A DNA stretch of 64,000 nucleotides from Callorhinchus milii (GCF_018977255.1 NW_024704743.1:57228001-57292000); one strand, 5' to 3'; shown: positions 28,096 through 40,735, counted from the stretch's first letter. Translations and numbers: made by a program. The notes: generated by a model not told the origin, from the sequence alone.

Positions 28096-28264
28096 AAATG
28101 ATAGATAAAAATAAGCAATCGTAATGTGTGATGAGCGCAGGCATGTTATTTTTCCTACACTGTGTATTATTATTTTTTTATTATTATTGTAGGCAGATTT
28201 TTATAAATAGCTTGTTATGTTCAAGTTGTTCTACATATAATATAGTTTATCCTGTTCCATGTAA

Positions 28265-28835
28265 ATCCGCTTGACTCTGTTGAAAGCACTTTTACTTCTG
28301 GGCTGAAAGGTTATGGATTCATGTCCAGTATAGTACTGGGATGCTTTTAATGGAATTTCTTGTACCTACCATTTACCTCGTGTAGACTCAACCCACGCTT
28401 GTTGGATGTCGAATGACCAACTAGTGATCATCCTCCTTGGGGAGGGAAGTAAGCAGAGTCCCCTTGGAGCTGATCTGGCTCCAAGGTGACATGCCTGGCA
28501 ATGGGATGTTGGGATCGAGCCAGCCCTCTGTGGCGGTCTCTGGAGTCTGGTTCCTGAGCCAGGCAGGTCTGCAGTCTAGGGCACTGCTAATGACAGCACA
28601 GCTAGTTGGTTCATCGGCAGGACCTGGAAGGGTAGACCAGTCACTGGGGGCAGGGAATTATTCCATTCAGCTCCTGTTAATCATACAAGCCAAAGCCCTA
28701 TCAGGTAGGATGATCCCAACTGGACAAGCAGCGGGAAAACAATATCAATGAGATGCAGGGAAATCTCAGCTTGGTTTCGATACTCTTAAGGATGGTGATG
28801 GGTTTCCAAATGTGTCAGACACCCAACTGACTCCA
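28265..28835 (+). repeat. Unclassified repeat X, long copy with a possible tRNA-like head
   Basis: 28410-28750 aligns to the reverse complement of 63060-63300 and 36120-36330; ends GTGTCAGACACCCAACTGAC. Confidence 0.75.
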
Positions 28836-28967
28836 AAAATTTTCAAAATGTTTTAATATGCAAGGATACCTCTGACCAAAATGTTTGCTACTTGAATTTA
28901 ACAGCATTCAAGCAATCATTTCCCACTAAAATCTTCGTGCCAGGGAACAGAACTGAATTGAATGAAT

Positions 28968-29288
28968 AAATAATAATAATAATCCTTGCATTTGATATAG
29001 CGCTTTTCACATCTTCTCGATATCTCAAAGCGCTTCCCAGAATAGACTGTAAAGTGAATTGACTGTATACTTGTGGGAGAAACGTGGCAGCCAATTGCGC
29101 GTAGCAGTGTCCCACAAACAATCGTGGATTGAAAATGACCAATTTATTATTGTTTTGTTTTGGAGGGATTATTATAAGGCGTGTGGAGTAAAGAAACCTG
29201 CCCAAGGTTTCGCCCTTACCTGCCTGGAATTGAACCCAGGTGTCTCGCTTGCAAGGCGAGCGCTCTAACAACTGAGCTACAGGACTCC
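28968..29288 (-). mobile_element. tRNA-SINE short subfamily
   Basis: Closely similar to 30565-30888. Confidence 0.95.
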
Positions 29289-29329
29289 ACTCATTAATTT
29301 TCTTTATAGCGCCGTCTACAGAAACTCAT

Positions 29330-29600
29330 TAACATAAGAATTAAATTATAAAAATATGAGAAGATAAGGCCAAGAGTAATCTGTACAGCCCATCAAGTCT
29401 GTTCCGTCATTTTATTAAGTCACAACTGATCTGCAACATAATATGATTTTTCTCTGCCCTTGCCACCATATCCCTACCTACCGAATATTCATCTCCCTTC
29501 CTTTCACATATTTCAATTGACTCGGTGTCTATAATTTATAATGTGTGAATTCCACATTTCCACCACTCTTTGTGTAAAAACACATTTTCTGAATGTAGGT
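29330..29600 (-). mobile_element. CR1 LINE 3' fragment
   Basis: AACATAAGAA tail, CAGCCCATCAAG, GAATTCCACAT..ACCACTCTTTGTGTAAAAA. Confidence 0.6.
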
Positions 29601-29761
29601 TTTAGTGGAAAATATCTGCCTGAATGCTGTTAAATTGAATAAAAAACTAGCAAAATTGTTTACACATTTTGGTCACTGATATTATTTATAGGTAAAAAAA
29701 CATATATATCATTTATTATAGTAACACACCCAGTCATGCCATAATATGTTCTTCCATCCTG

Positions 29762-30205
29762 TCAGCATGGTGTCAGACTGGTTCAGTTGCGGGCTCGCCC
29801 ACCTCTGAGTCAAAAGGTTGTGGGTTGATGCCCCATATTGGGATTTTGAACTCACAGTGTAGGCTGACCCTATAGTCCCTCGGCGTGTGGTGCATTGTTA
29901 GCTGTGTCCTCCTTAAATGAGATGTTAAATTGAAGTCTCATTTACCTGTTCTGGTGGATATTAAAGATCTCATGGCACGATTCAAAAAGAGAAGAGAGTT
30001 TCTCCTGGTGTCCTGGCCAACAATTCCCCAGATACAATCGGTCGTTCACTTCAAGGCTATTTTGTGGGCAATTCCTGTGTGCAAATTGATAGCTGCATTC
30101 ACCTATAAAACACATTACACTACTAGTCACTACACCTTTTAGTAATATTCTTTGAGAACTCTTAATGATGTGATGAGGTGCTATATCAAATCCCAGAATT
30201 ATTTA
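29762..30205 (+). mobile_element. Deu-domain SINE, near full length
   Basis: Head (CCTCTGAGTCAAAAGGTTGTGGGTT), Deu core, tail. Confidence 0.85.
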
Positions 30206-30564
30206 TGCTGCTGGATAGAAATAGCTCCATCCATGAATTTGCTTTGACTGTTTACTTATCATGGTGCAAGAGTTAAAAAAAATGTGACAGAAACTTAAGA
30301 ATTTAATTCTCACCATTTCTGAAATCAAGAATGATCTGAAAATTGAAAGTTTATTAGTCTAACATTTCATTGTATTTTGGTGACACACATGGGATTTATA
30401 ACTGTTATCACTCACCATCATAGACATTTCTTCACATCAGCTATTATCAGTGATCTGTGTGGAAAAGCACAATCAAAATGTGATTTTCATCAGTCTCCCA
30501 TTAAAAATACTCTTTCAAATAGGGATTTAGCTTTTTTAAAGGTTATACCTGTGAAAGAATATTT

Positions 30565-30888
30565 GGAGTCCTGTAGCTCAGTGGTTAGAGCACTCGCTTT
30601 GCAAGCGAGAGACCTGAGTTCAATTCCAGGTAGGGCGAAACCTTGGGCAAGTTTCCTTACTCCACATGCCTAATAATAATCGCTCCAAAACCAAAAACAA
30701 TAATAAATTGGTCATTTTCAATCTACGACTGTTTGTGGGACATTGCTGTGCGCAATTGGCTGCCGCGTTCGCCCACAAATATACAGTCAATTCACTTTAC
30801 AGTGTGTTCTGTGAAGCGCTTTGGGACGTCCACCCGACGTGAAAAGCGCTATATCAAATGCAAGGATTATTATTATTATTATTATTAT
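30565..30888 (+). mobile_element. tRNA-Ala(TGC)-headed SINE, short subfamily
   Basis: GGAGTCCTGTAGCTCAGTGGTTAGAGC..TTTGCAA..GAGTTCAATTCC; (TTA)n tail. Confidence 0.95.
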
Positions 30889-32327
30889 AAGAAATAACAC
30901 CTCAGATAAGTTTTTGGCATTTTACATCTTTGTGCTATTTAAATGGCTCTATTTTGCATGTCATTTGTATATCCCTTAAATATCTAAATCCTCACAACAC
31001 TTGAAGATGATAAAAGAATGCTTTTCCCCAATGTGTCATTTTTTGTGCTAGAATGTCTTTCAAAGCACATGCAATGTTTTATGGAGGCTGAACTTCAATA
31101 GTTAAAATAGATTTTTTCTCACCCTTATGTTATTCTTTTCTCATCTTCATGAAAGAGTTTTGAAAAAAAATTGTTTTGGAGGGCACCGAGATGGAAGAAC
31201 TCTTGTGAATAATCTCAAGTGTGAATGTGTGCATGAGTGTGCATGTATGCATGATTCTTATTACAATAGCAGGCTTGCAAAGTGACACCAGGGATGTAAT
31301 TTGATTGATTTACGTCAGAACATCAGATGTTCATTTATAAATAAATGAAAAGGCATTCGTTAAATATTTTTTTCATAGAAAATCACCCCATTGATTTTTT
31401 AATTCCTTCAAATGTTTCTTTCTTTAAAAGAAAGGAAAATCCTGAAAAACAATCTAAGAATATTATTTTTTTCCGTGCTCAGCTTCTATTGAAGTGATTT
31501 AAAGATTTTTACGCAGATTGAATGACAACAGGGCTGAGCAAGGACAAATGTAGGTTGTTCCTGGACTTCTTTAGGGCTCAATTAGAAAAATCCTCACTCA
31601 TGCAATGTGGCACGGGAAAGCTATTTGAAATACAATACACCAGGGAGACTCCTTTTCTGAATTGTCGGGGTATGAAAAACATTATTTTTATTGATTTTAA
31701 TTGTGTTGTGAGAAGACGAAAAAGCCCATGACAAAACAGGAACCCTGAGTTAGAAATGTAGCAGCAGAACAATACAATTTACATTTATATAATGTCTTTC
31801 ATGTTGGGAGTGGGAAGGGAATGTTCATGTTTACAAAGTGGGAAGGGAAGGGGCAAGTCGGAGGGACTGCGGAAATGAGTTCCAGAGAGAGAATAAACAT
31901 AAAAATACAATGTTGTGGTCTGAGTGACCTGTGAAGATCTGCAGGTTGGAGTCAAACATTCCTGGTACTGAAGGAGTGAGATGCATCCTCCAATTTCACC
32001 AAATGTTCACAGAAAAATTGAGTAACAGAGCAGCAGAAAATGATCTGTAAATGAGAATAATGGCTAAATGTGAGGGAAATACAAGGCACCAGTGGAACAA
32101 TTAAAGGAAAAGAAAGTCTAAGGGGAGTAATTCCATTGAGTTATTGAATGAAAAAGGGAAAGTATTAAATCATGCCTGCCAACATGGTGCTTTTCAATGG
32201 ATGGCTCTGGTTTGTTCTCCAAGATAATCCAAAGCATTCACCATTATTAAAGCCACTCCAGTTTCTCCTAATGTATGTGACGCCAGTGGCCTAGGAAGAG
32301 AAGGGAAAGGTTGGCTTCTCACTATGA

Positions 32328-32475
32328 GTAACTGTTTTGGTCAGTCGGGTGTCTGACACATGTGGAAAATCCACGCTTAAGAGTATCTGAGAATTCCATG
32401 CATCCCACTTATACATGGAAATCCCAGAGAGAGATTATTGGAATGGAATGCACGCTCTCTCCCTGGAGGGATACA
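32328..32475 (-). repeat. Repeat X, part left of the L2 insertion
   Basis: Colinear with 62775-62875; continues at 36009. Confidence 0.7.
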
Positions 32476-33248
32476 TCCTGCTTCAACACCTCCCTCAACA
32501 CATTCGTACCCCTTCCCCTTCCTCAACCCTCCACCATCACATACCGTCCATTGAAAAAAATTTCCTCCCTTTCTCTCTTCACTGCCCTGGAGTCATCTGA
32601 ACTCCTTCACCTCTGGCCTTCACTGACCTATTTCTCCTCCTCACTCTCTTTTCTCCACAACTCCCTCTCCTCCATTCTGGACTCCCTTGCCCCCCTCACA
32701 TCCCGAACTGCTTCATACTCCTGTATATCCCCCTGGTACACCAGCCATCTCCGTTCTCTCAAGGCACAAGTGCGAGCTGCCGAACGTGCCTGGACCAAAT
32801 CCAAACTGACTGTCCATCGGCAGATTTGGCTTCACCATACCAAGACCTAACGCTGCACTCTTGCCTCTGCCAAATCCTCCTTCTACTCCAAGGTTATCTT
32901 GGAGGCAAAGGACAACCCCAAACTTCTCTTTTCCACCACAAACCATCTCCTCCGTCCACCTTCCCACGCTCGCCCATCCTCTCATCAAACTCCAACTGTG
33001 AGGAGATGCTGGACTTCCTCAAATCCAAAATCGAGGGGATACATTCAGCCACCTTACCCCAGTCCACAGCCAGACCCAGATCACCTCTCCCTCATGACCC
33101 ACCCCCCACCGATCCCCACCTATATACCTTCGGCTCTATCTCTCCCTCCTCCCTCACCACGACTGTGTGCAAACTCAAACCCACCACCTACTCTCTCGAT
33201 CCCATCCCCACCTCTCTCCTCATCTCCCAACTCCATCTTCTGGCCCCC
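32476..33248 (+). mobile_element. L2 LINE, ORF2 segment upstream of RT
   Basis: PWYTSHLRSLK, NPKLLFST, SLDPIPT motifs. Confidence 0.9.
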
Positions 33249-35619
33249 AGAACATATAAGAACATAAGAATTAGGAGCAGGAGTAGGCCTTTCGGCCCCT
33301 CGAGCCTGCCCCGCCATTCGATAAGATCATGGCTGATCTTCAGACCAAACTCTAATTACCTGCCCTATCCCCATATCCCCTAATCCCTCTATTTTTAAAA
33401 AATCTATCAATCTCAGCCTTAAAGATGTTCAAGGACTGAGCATCTACAGCCTTCTGGGGTAGTGAATTCCATAAATTCACTCCCCTCTGAGTGAAGAAAT
33501 GTTTCCTCACCTCTGTTCTAAAAGGCTGACCCTTAATTTTAAGACTGTGACCCCTGGTTATAGATTCTCCTACCAGGGGAAACAGACCCTCAGTGTCTAC
33601 TTTATCCAGCCCTTTAAGAATCTTATATGTTTCAATAAGATCTCCCCTAATTCTTCTATACTCTAGAGAATATAGCCCTAGTTTATTCAGCCTATCCTCA
33701 TAGGTCAGTCCTCTCATCTCAGGAACTAACCTAATGAATCTACACTGCACCCCTCTCTAAGGCAAGTATGTCCTTTTTTAAATAAGGAGACCGAAACTAC
33801 ACACAATACTCTAGGTGCGGTCTCACCAAGACCCTATACAGTTGCAGCAAGACTTCCCTACTCTTGTACTCTAAACCTTTTGCAATGAGCGCTAACATGC
33901 TGTTCACCTTCTTAGTTGCTTGCTGCACCTGCAAATTAACTTTTTGAGACTGGTGTACAAGGACACCCAAATCCTTCTGAACACTAACACTATCTAATCT
34001 CTCCCCCTCTAGAAAATAATCTGTTTTTCTATTTTTCTACCTAGGTGAATAACTTCACACTTCCCCACATTAAATTCCATCTGCCACCTCCTCGCCCACT
34101 CCCCTAGCCTATCTATATCCAGTTGCAATCTTTTTGCATCATCCTCAGAGCTTACTCTCCCACCTAGTTTAGTGTCATCCGCGAATTTAGATACGTTACA
34201 TTCAATGTCCTTGTCTAGATCATTGATGTAAATTGTAAATAGCTGAGGCCCAAGCACTGATCCTTGTGGCACTCCACTAGTCACATCCTGCCAATTCGAG
34301 AATGACCCGTTTATCCCTACTCTCTGTTTTCTACCCATTAGTCACTCTTCAATCCATGCTAACATGTTCCCATTAATTCCATGGGCCTTAACCTTGTGCA
34401 GTAGCCTTTTGTGTGGCACTTTGTCAAATGCCTTTTTAAAATCTAAATATACTACAACTACTGGTTCCCCCCTATCTAACCTGCTAGATACATCTTCAAA
34501 AAACTCTAAAAGATTAGTTAAGCATGACTTCCCTTTTGTAAAGCCATGTTGACTCTGCCTAATCTTGTTATGGTCTTCCAGGAATCCCATAACGACATCT
34601 TTAATTAAGGACTCAAGAATTTTCCCTACCACTGATGTCAGACTAACTGGTCTATAGTTGCCCATCTTTTCTCTCCCACCCTTCTTAAATAGTGGTGTTA
34701 CGTTTGCAATCTTCCAATCAATGGGAACCGTTCCAGAATCCAGAGAATTTTGGAAGATCAAAGACAAGCCATCCACTATCTCAGTAGCCACCTCTTTTAA
34801 AACCCTAGGATGTAGGCCATCAGGTCCAGGGATTTATCAGTTTTAAGACCTGACAATTTACCTAAAACTATTTCTTTACTAATATTAATTCCCCCAAGTT
34901 GCTCGCTAACATCGTCTTCTTGGTTCTCCTCTATTCTTGGTAGGTTTTCAGTGTCTTCTAAGGTGAAGACAGTAGCAAAGTACTTGTTTAATGACTCTGC
35001 CATGTCTTTGTCCTCTACTATAATTCCCCCCGTCTCTGCCTGTAACGGACCCACATTTATCTTTGACAGCCTCTTCCTCTTTATATATTTATAAAAACTC
35101 TTGCAGTCTGTCTTTATGTTCTTCGCTGGTTTGGCCTCAAAGTTCATTTTCTCTCTCTTAATCACTTTTTTGGTTCTCCTTTGTTGATCCCTAAAGTTCT
35201 CCCAATCCTCGGGTTTACTACTCATCTTAGCTGTTTTATAGGCTTCTTCCTTTAACTTTATACTTTCCCTAACTGCTCTAGTTAGCCACGGTTGGGCCAA
35301 CTTTCCCGGAGCATTCTTATTCCTCAAAGGAATACGTGCTCGCTGGGAATTTTGCACTATCTCCTTAAACGTCTGCCATTGCTGGTCTACTGTCAAATCC
35401 TTAAGTCTAATTTCCCAGTTTATTTTGGCTAAATCCTCTCTCATACCAGCAAAATTGGCTCTACTTAAATTTAAAACCTTTGCTTCGGACATAACTACTT
35501 CTCTCTCTAACGTAATGCTAAATTCCATCATATTATTATCACTTTGCCCTCGAGGAGCCTTAATTTCCAGTTTGCTGATCAGCCCTGCTTCATTGCACAA
35601 AACAAGGTCTAATATGGCC
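33249..35619 (-). mobile_element. CR1 LINE, 5'-truncated 2.4 kb with RT domain and few disruptions
   Basis: GNYRPVSLTS, YLDFKKAFDKVPH, GVPQGSVLGP, FADDTKL motifs; (TTCTTATG)-type tail. Confidence 0.97.
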
Positions 35620-36008
35620 CTCCATGACCTCGCCCCACCCTACCTCTGCAACCTCCTAACCCACTATCAACTCGCCTGCTCCCTCCGCTCAGCCGGCTCT
35701 GACCTGCTCCACGTCCCCTGACCCACCCGCCCCACGATTGGTGGGAGGGCCTTCAGCCACTCTACCCCCAACCTCTGGAATTCCATCCCCCAATCACTGT
35801 GCCTCGCACCCTCCTTAGCCTCCTTCAAGTCCCGCCTCAAGACCCTCCTCTTCGACCATGCCATCAGTCACCGCCCTTCCCCTCCCCTCCCTTCTCTTCC
35901 CCGATCCCAGCTCCGGTCTAAAATGCTGTACACTGTCCAGCGCCTTGGGGCGTCCTCCCGACGTGAAAGGCGCTATACAAATGTATTCTTGTTGTTTTTG
36001 TTGTTGTT
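35616..36008 (+). mobile_element. L2 LINE 3' end
   Basis: ALHDLAPPYL motif, 3' stem-loop, (GTT)n tail. Confidence 0.9.
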
Positions 36009-36410
36009 GCTTGCCTAATTCAGAAAAGTATTAGGCGCAGTTTGGCAAGACCCAAGGCTTGGGACCTCAGAGTTTGTATTGAGGTACTGCTGGCAACTAA
36101 CCAGCTAAAACCGCAAAACTTGCCTTTGATATTGCTGTCCGGCAAGCTTTCCCACTGTTTGTCCAGCTAGTGTCACCTTACCCTTTAGGGCTTTGGCTTG
36201 CAGATTTACACCTGGCTCTGGAACCGGACCACCAAGACCGACACAGAGGACTGGCTCAATTCCGACTTTCGATTGTCAAACATGTCACCTTCAGCTAGTT
36301 CAGCTCCAAAGAGATCCCCAAGGAGAATAGTCACATGAATAAATTACAATTATAAAGTACAAGGAGCACTTCAAACAGAAAAAACATAACCTAGAGCGAC
36401 GTCTACATGT
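36009..36410 (-). repeat. Repeat X, part right of the L2 insertion
   Basis: Colinear with 62880-63300. Confidence 0.7.
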
Positions 36411-37409
36411 TATCTGACAGTGCATGTTTCTGTGATTTCTTCTGCTGTTATAAGCTAGTATTGCTACTGAATTGTTGAACATTTCTTGAACTAATGTGTT
36501 CCAGTGTAGATATGTTGAACCTTGTTGGGTGCAGACATAAAAAGGTAAAGATTAATGGGCAGAGGGTGCAGGAGGAGTAAGGAAGAAACAAAGTTTAAGA
36601 AAGGATCAGGACATAAAAAAACAGAAAAATAGGAGAGTGAAATAAACATACACAAGCATAACAGATAGAAAGAAAACAGAGATTAAGCCAGGAAACACAA
36701 CACGGAGGAGCAAGTTTGTCACAAAATACAGTCACTACACTTGACACTAAATCTTGTGAAACATTTTGAGATGTCCTTCTGGCATGAAAGGCGCTATATC
36801 AAATGCAAGGATTATTATTGTTATTATCTTTACTTTTAAAATATTTTTTTGGCCACTATCTGCTGAAGAAGCAGGAAATCCAAACTCTCAAAGGCCTGAT
36901 TAAAGATTTCCTGATCTCCGCACATTATCAGAAAAGCAAAAAAAATTTAAGTTAAAAATTGCCTCCAGTAACAAGGAACAAAACAAAAATTCACTCACTA
37001 TTAAATAATAATTTACACTTACAGAGTGACTTTCACATTTGGAGGACGTCTCAATGTGTTTTGCACAACTGGCTGGGAGGATAAGCTGAGCGGTGGGAGG
37101 ACAAGGGGAGCTGACAAGACGAGGAGAGAGGTGGACAAACTCGTGGCTGAAGAAATAGGTCTTAAAAGGGGAAATGAGGAGCTGAGGTTCAGGGGCTGGG
37201 GGGAACAGCTGGAGTATTAGGGTTGCAGAGTTGGGCTTGGTCAATTTTATGGTGGCTCTGGGGACAATTAATAAATGAAATACTTTAAGAATACTGAAAT
37301 GTTGACCCCTATATTCTTGAACTGACTGGAAAACATTAAGGTAAAGTGACAGCTAAAGCAAAAACAATTTGCAGAAGATAAATATGATCTGCAGGCTAGG
37401 TTTCACTCC

Positions 37410-39303
37410 GCATTGGCCTTCAAAATGTCTGCTCCATCTGCAATAAGATCCAGGCTATCAATGATCTCATTCTCGATGAGAACGTTGATATTATGGCCCT
37501 CACGGAAACCTGGATCACTCCAGGTGACACCTTCCCCCTCACTGAGGCCACACCACCCGGCTATACCTACCACTATGCCCCATGATCCAACCGCTGTGGC
37601 GATGGTGTGGCCCTCATCTCCAGGGCGTCACTTGCCCTATCTTTCTACTCCACTGGCTCATTCCCCTCCTTTGAACACCTTACCCTTTGCCATCCCTCCC
37701 ATCTCTCACTAAAAATTCTCTTAACTTTCCCAAAATCCTCTCCCACCTTCACCTCTGACATCTCCACCCTTCTAGCTTACCTCTGCCTCTGCTTCAACCA
37801 CTTCCTCATCCTAGGCGACTTCAACCTCCACTTCACCATTACCAATAAGGCCATCTCTGACCACCATTCCATCTCCCTCAATTCCTATATCCTTCTCCCC
37901 ACTGCTTCCAAAGCTACCATCATCTTCTACCGCCCGTGGAAGAAGATCTCCCCGCAATCCCCGCTGCCCTGGAGTTCTTTAAACTCCTCCCCCTCTGGCC
38001 CACCTCCTGCACCAACCCATCCTCCGCATTTACGCTCCTCCACAGCACCCTCTCCACCACACTCGACACCCTTGCCCCCCCTCACCTCCCGAACTGCCTC
38101 CTATTCCCGATTCTCACCCTGGTTCACCAGTCACCTCCGCTCGCTCAAGAGCCAGGTGCGGGCTGCCGAAAGCACTTGGCTCAAATCCAGCCTAACATCA
38201 ACAACAACAACAACAATAACAAAATTAAATTGATAGAGCGCCTTTCACGTCGGGAGGAAGTCGCAATGGTCCACCGGCACATCTGGCAGAACCATATCAA
38301 AACCTACCGATCCGCTCTCACCTCGGCCAAGTTGTCCTTCCAGTCCAGGTTAATCCTGGAAGCGAAGGGCAACGCCAGGCTCCTGTTCTCCACCACCTAC
38401 CGGCTCCACTACCCTCCCCGCCACACCTCGCAGATTCTTTCCTCCGACTGCGAGAAAATGCTGGACTTCCTTGAATCCAAAATCAAGGGAATCCGCTCAG
38501 CTGCCACTGCCCTCCCAACTTCCAACCCCTCCCTACCCACCCCCCCACACTCCGACCACTACCCATTCCTTCTTCTACACTTTTGAACCTGTCATTCCCT
38601 CCTCTGTCATCACCACCGTATCCTCCATGAAGCTCACCACCTGCTCCCTGCACCCTATCCCCACTCCTCTCCTTAAATCTCAGCTCCACCTCCTTGCCCC
38701 ATTACTCGCCGGCATCATCAATCTCTCCCTGTCATCTAGCACTGTCCCCATACCCCACAAAACAGTCACTATCACCCCCACCTTGAAGAAACCTTCCCTG
38801 GATCCATCACAGCTAGCCAGCTATTGGCCCATCTCCCACCTCCCTTTTCTGTCTAAGGTCCTTGAGAGAGCCGTTGCCTCCTAGCTTCGCTCTTTCCTCT
38901 CCTCCTACTTCCTCCATGAGCCCCTCCAAACAGGTTTCCATGCTGCCCACAACATGGAAACTGCTCTGGTCAAGGTCACAAATGATATGCTGACCATGTG
39001 GAGTCCTGTAGCTCAGTGGTTGGAGCACTCGCTTTGCAAATAAGAGACCTGAGTTCAATTCCAGGCAGGGGGCGAAACCTTGGGCAAGTTTCCTTATTCC
39101 ACACGCCTAATAATAATCCCTCCAAAAAAACAAAACAATAATAAATTGGTCATTTTCAATCCATGACTGTTTGTGGGACATTGCTGTGCGCAATTGGCTT
39201 CCGTGTTCGCCCACAAATATACAGTCAATTCACTTTGCAGTATATCCTGTGAAGCGCTTTGGGATGTCTAGAAGACGTGAAAAGCGCTATATCAAATGCA
39301 AGG

Positions 39304-39386
<83 letters not shown>

Positions 39387-40720
39387 GTGTGACCAAGGCT
39401 CCCTCTGCCTCCTCGTCTTCCTCGACCTCTCTGCCGCCTTTGATACTATGGACCATTCAATCCTCCTCCACCGCCTCTCCTCCCACTTCAACCTTCAAGG
39501 TTCTGTCCTTGACTGGTTCAGGTCCTACCTTTCACACTGCCTCCACTTCGTCTTTGCAAACGGCTTCTCCTCCAGTCCTCGCACCATCTCGTGTGGTGTT
39601 CCTCAGGGCTCTGTCCTCAGTCCCCTCCTCTTCACCCTCTACATGCTCCTCCTTGATGATATCTTCCGCAGACATGGGGTAAATTTCCACATGTATGCGG
39701 ATGATACCCAATTCTATCTCTCTGCCTCCACCCTCAACTCCAGGACTGTGGGACATTGCTGTGCGCAATTGGCTTCCATGTTCGCCCACAAATATACAGT
39801 CAATTCACTTTGCAGTATATCCTGACTGTCCGACATCAAGTCCTGGAGGAGGGATAACTTTCTCCAACTCAACGTCAGCAAGACCGAGGCCCTCCTGATT
39901 GGCTCGCGCCAGCCCCTACGCACCTCGGGCACTGGCAGCATCAGCGTCCACGACTGCACACTCAACCTCACTAAGCCAGTCAGCAACCTGGGTGTCTTGT
40001 TTGACTCTGAACTATCCTTTCTCCCCACATCCATGCCATGACCGGCAATGCCTACCACCACCTCTGCAATATTGCCAGACTCTGCCATTGCCTCACCCCT
40101 CAGGCTGCCGAAACCCTCACCCACGCATTCTCACATCAAGGCTCGATTATGAAAACTCCCTCTTCATCGGCCTTCCCAACTCTTCCCTTCACAAGCTACA
40201 GATCATCCAAAACTCTGCAGCTTATGTACTCTCACGCACCAGGCTCCGTGACCCATCACTCCCACCATCTCCACTGGCTCCCCATCCCTCAGAGGATCGA
40301 ATTCAAGATTCTTGTCCTCACTTTCAAGGCCGTCCGTGGCCTTACCCCCTCCTACCTCTCCGACCTGCTGACTCCCTACCAACCTGCCCGTTCCCTCCGT
40401 TCAGCGGGCTCCGGCCTGCTCCATGTCTCCCGCCCGACCTGCCCTACCATCGGTGGCCGGGCTTTCAGCCTCTCTGCCCCCACACTCTGGAACTCCATCC
40501 CTCAGTCCTTTCCCCTCGCTTCCTCCCTTGCCTTCTTCAAGGCAGGTCTCAAACCCTCCTCTTCGATTGTGCCTTCTGTCGCCCTCCCACTTCTCGGCCT
40601 TCCCTCACCCCTACACCACTCCTCCCCCATGCTTGGGTCATGACCCCTGACTGTTCAGGGCTTTGGGATGTCATCCCGACGTGAAAGGCGCTCTATAAAT
40701 GTAATTTTTGTTGTTATTGT
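37410..40720 (+). mobile_element. L2 LINE, near-complete decayed ORF2 (APE + RT) carrying three insertions
   Basis: ALTETW and ILGDFN (endonuclease), LDLSAAFDT, GVPQGSVL, YADDTQ (RT), 3' tail. Confidence 0.95.
39000..39384 (+). mobile_element. tRNA-SINE short subfamily with expanded (TTA)n tail, inserted in L2
   Basis: Flanked by ATGT on both sides; splits the L2 NDMLTM/CDQG motif. Confidence 0.97.
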
Positions 40721-40735
40721 TATAGGTTTGATCCA

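Noticed and set aside
30565..30640. tRNA-Ala(TGC)-like sequences at SINE 5' ends
   Set aside because: No proper acceptor stem and always joined to the SINE body, so these are SINE heads rather than tRNA genes
30643..30897. Recurrent small [23 protein letters not shown] in several places, resembling a peptide family
   Set aside because: Reading frame of the young SINE consensus, with a TTG start and no evidence of translation
33352..35600. Possible active reverse transcriptase gene
   Set aside because: 5'-truncated CR1 broken into several frames, lacking most of the endonuclease
39171..39825. ORFs with poly-Ile/Leu/Tyr runs
   Set aside because: Translations of the (TTA)n SINE tail fused to L2 RT remnants
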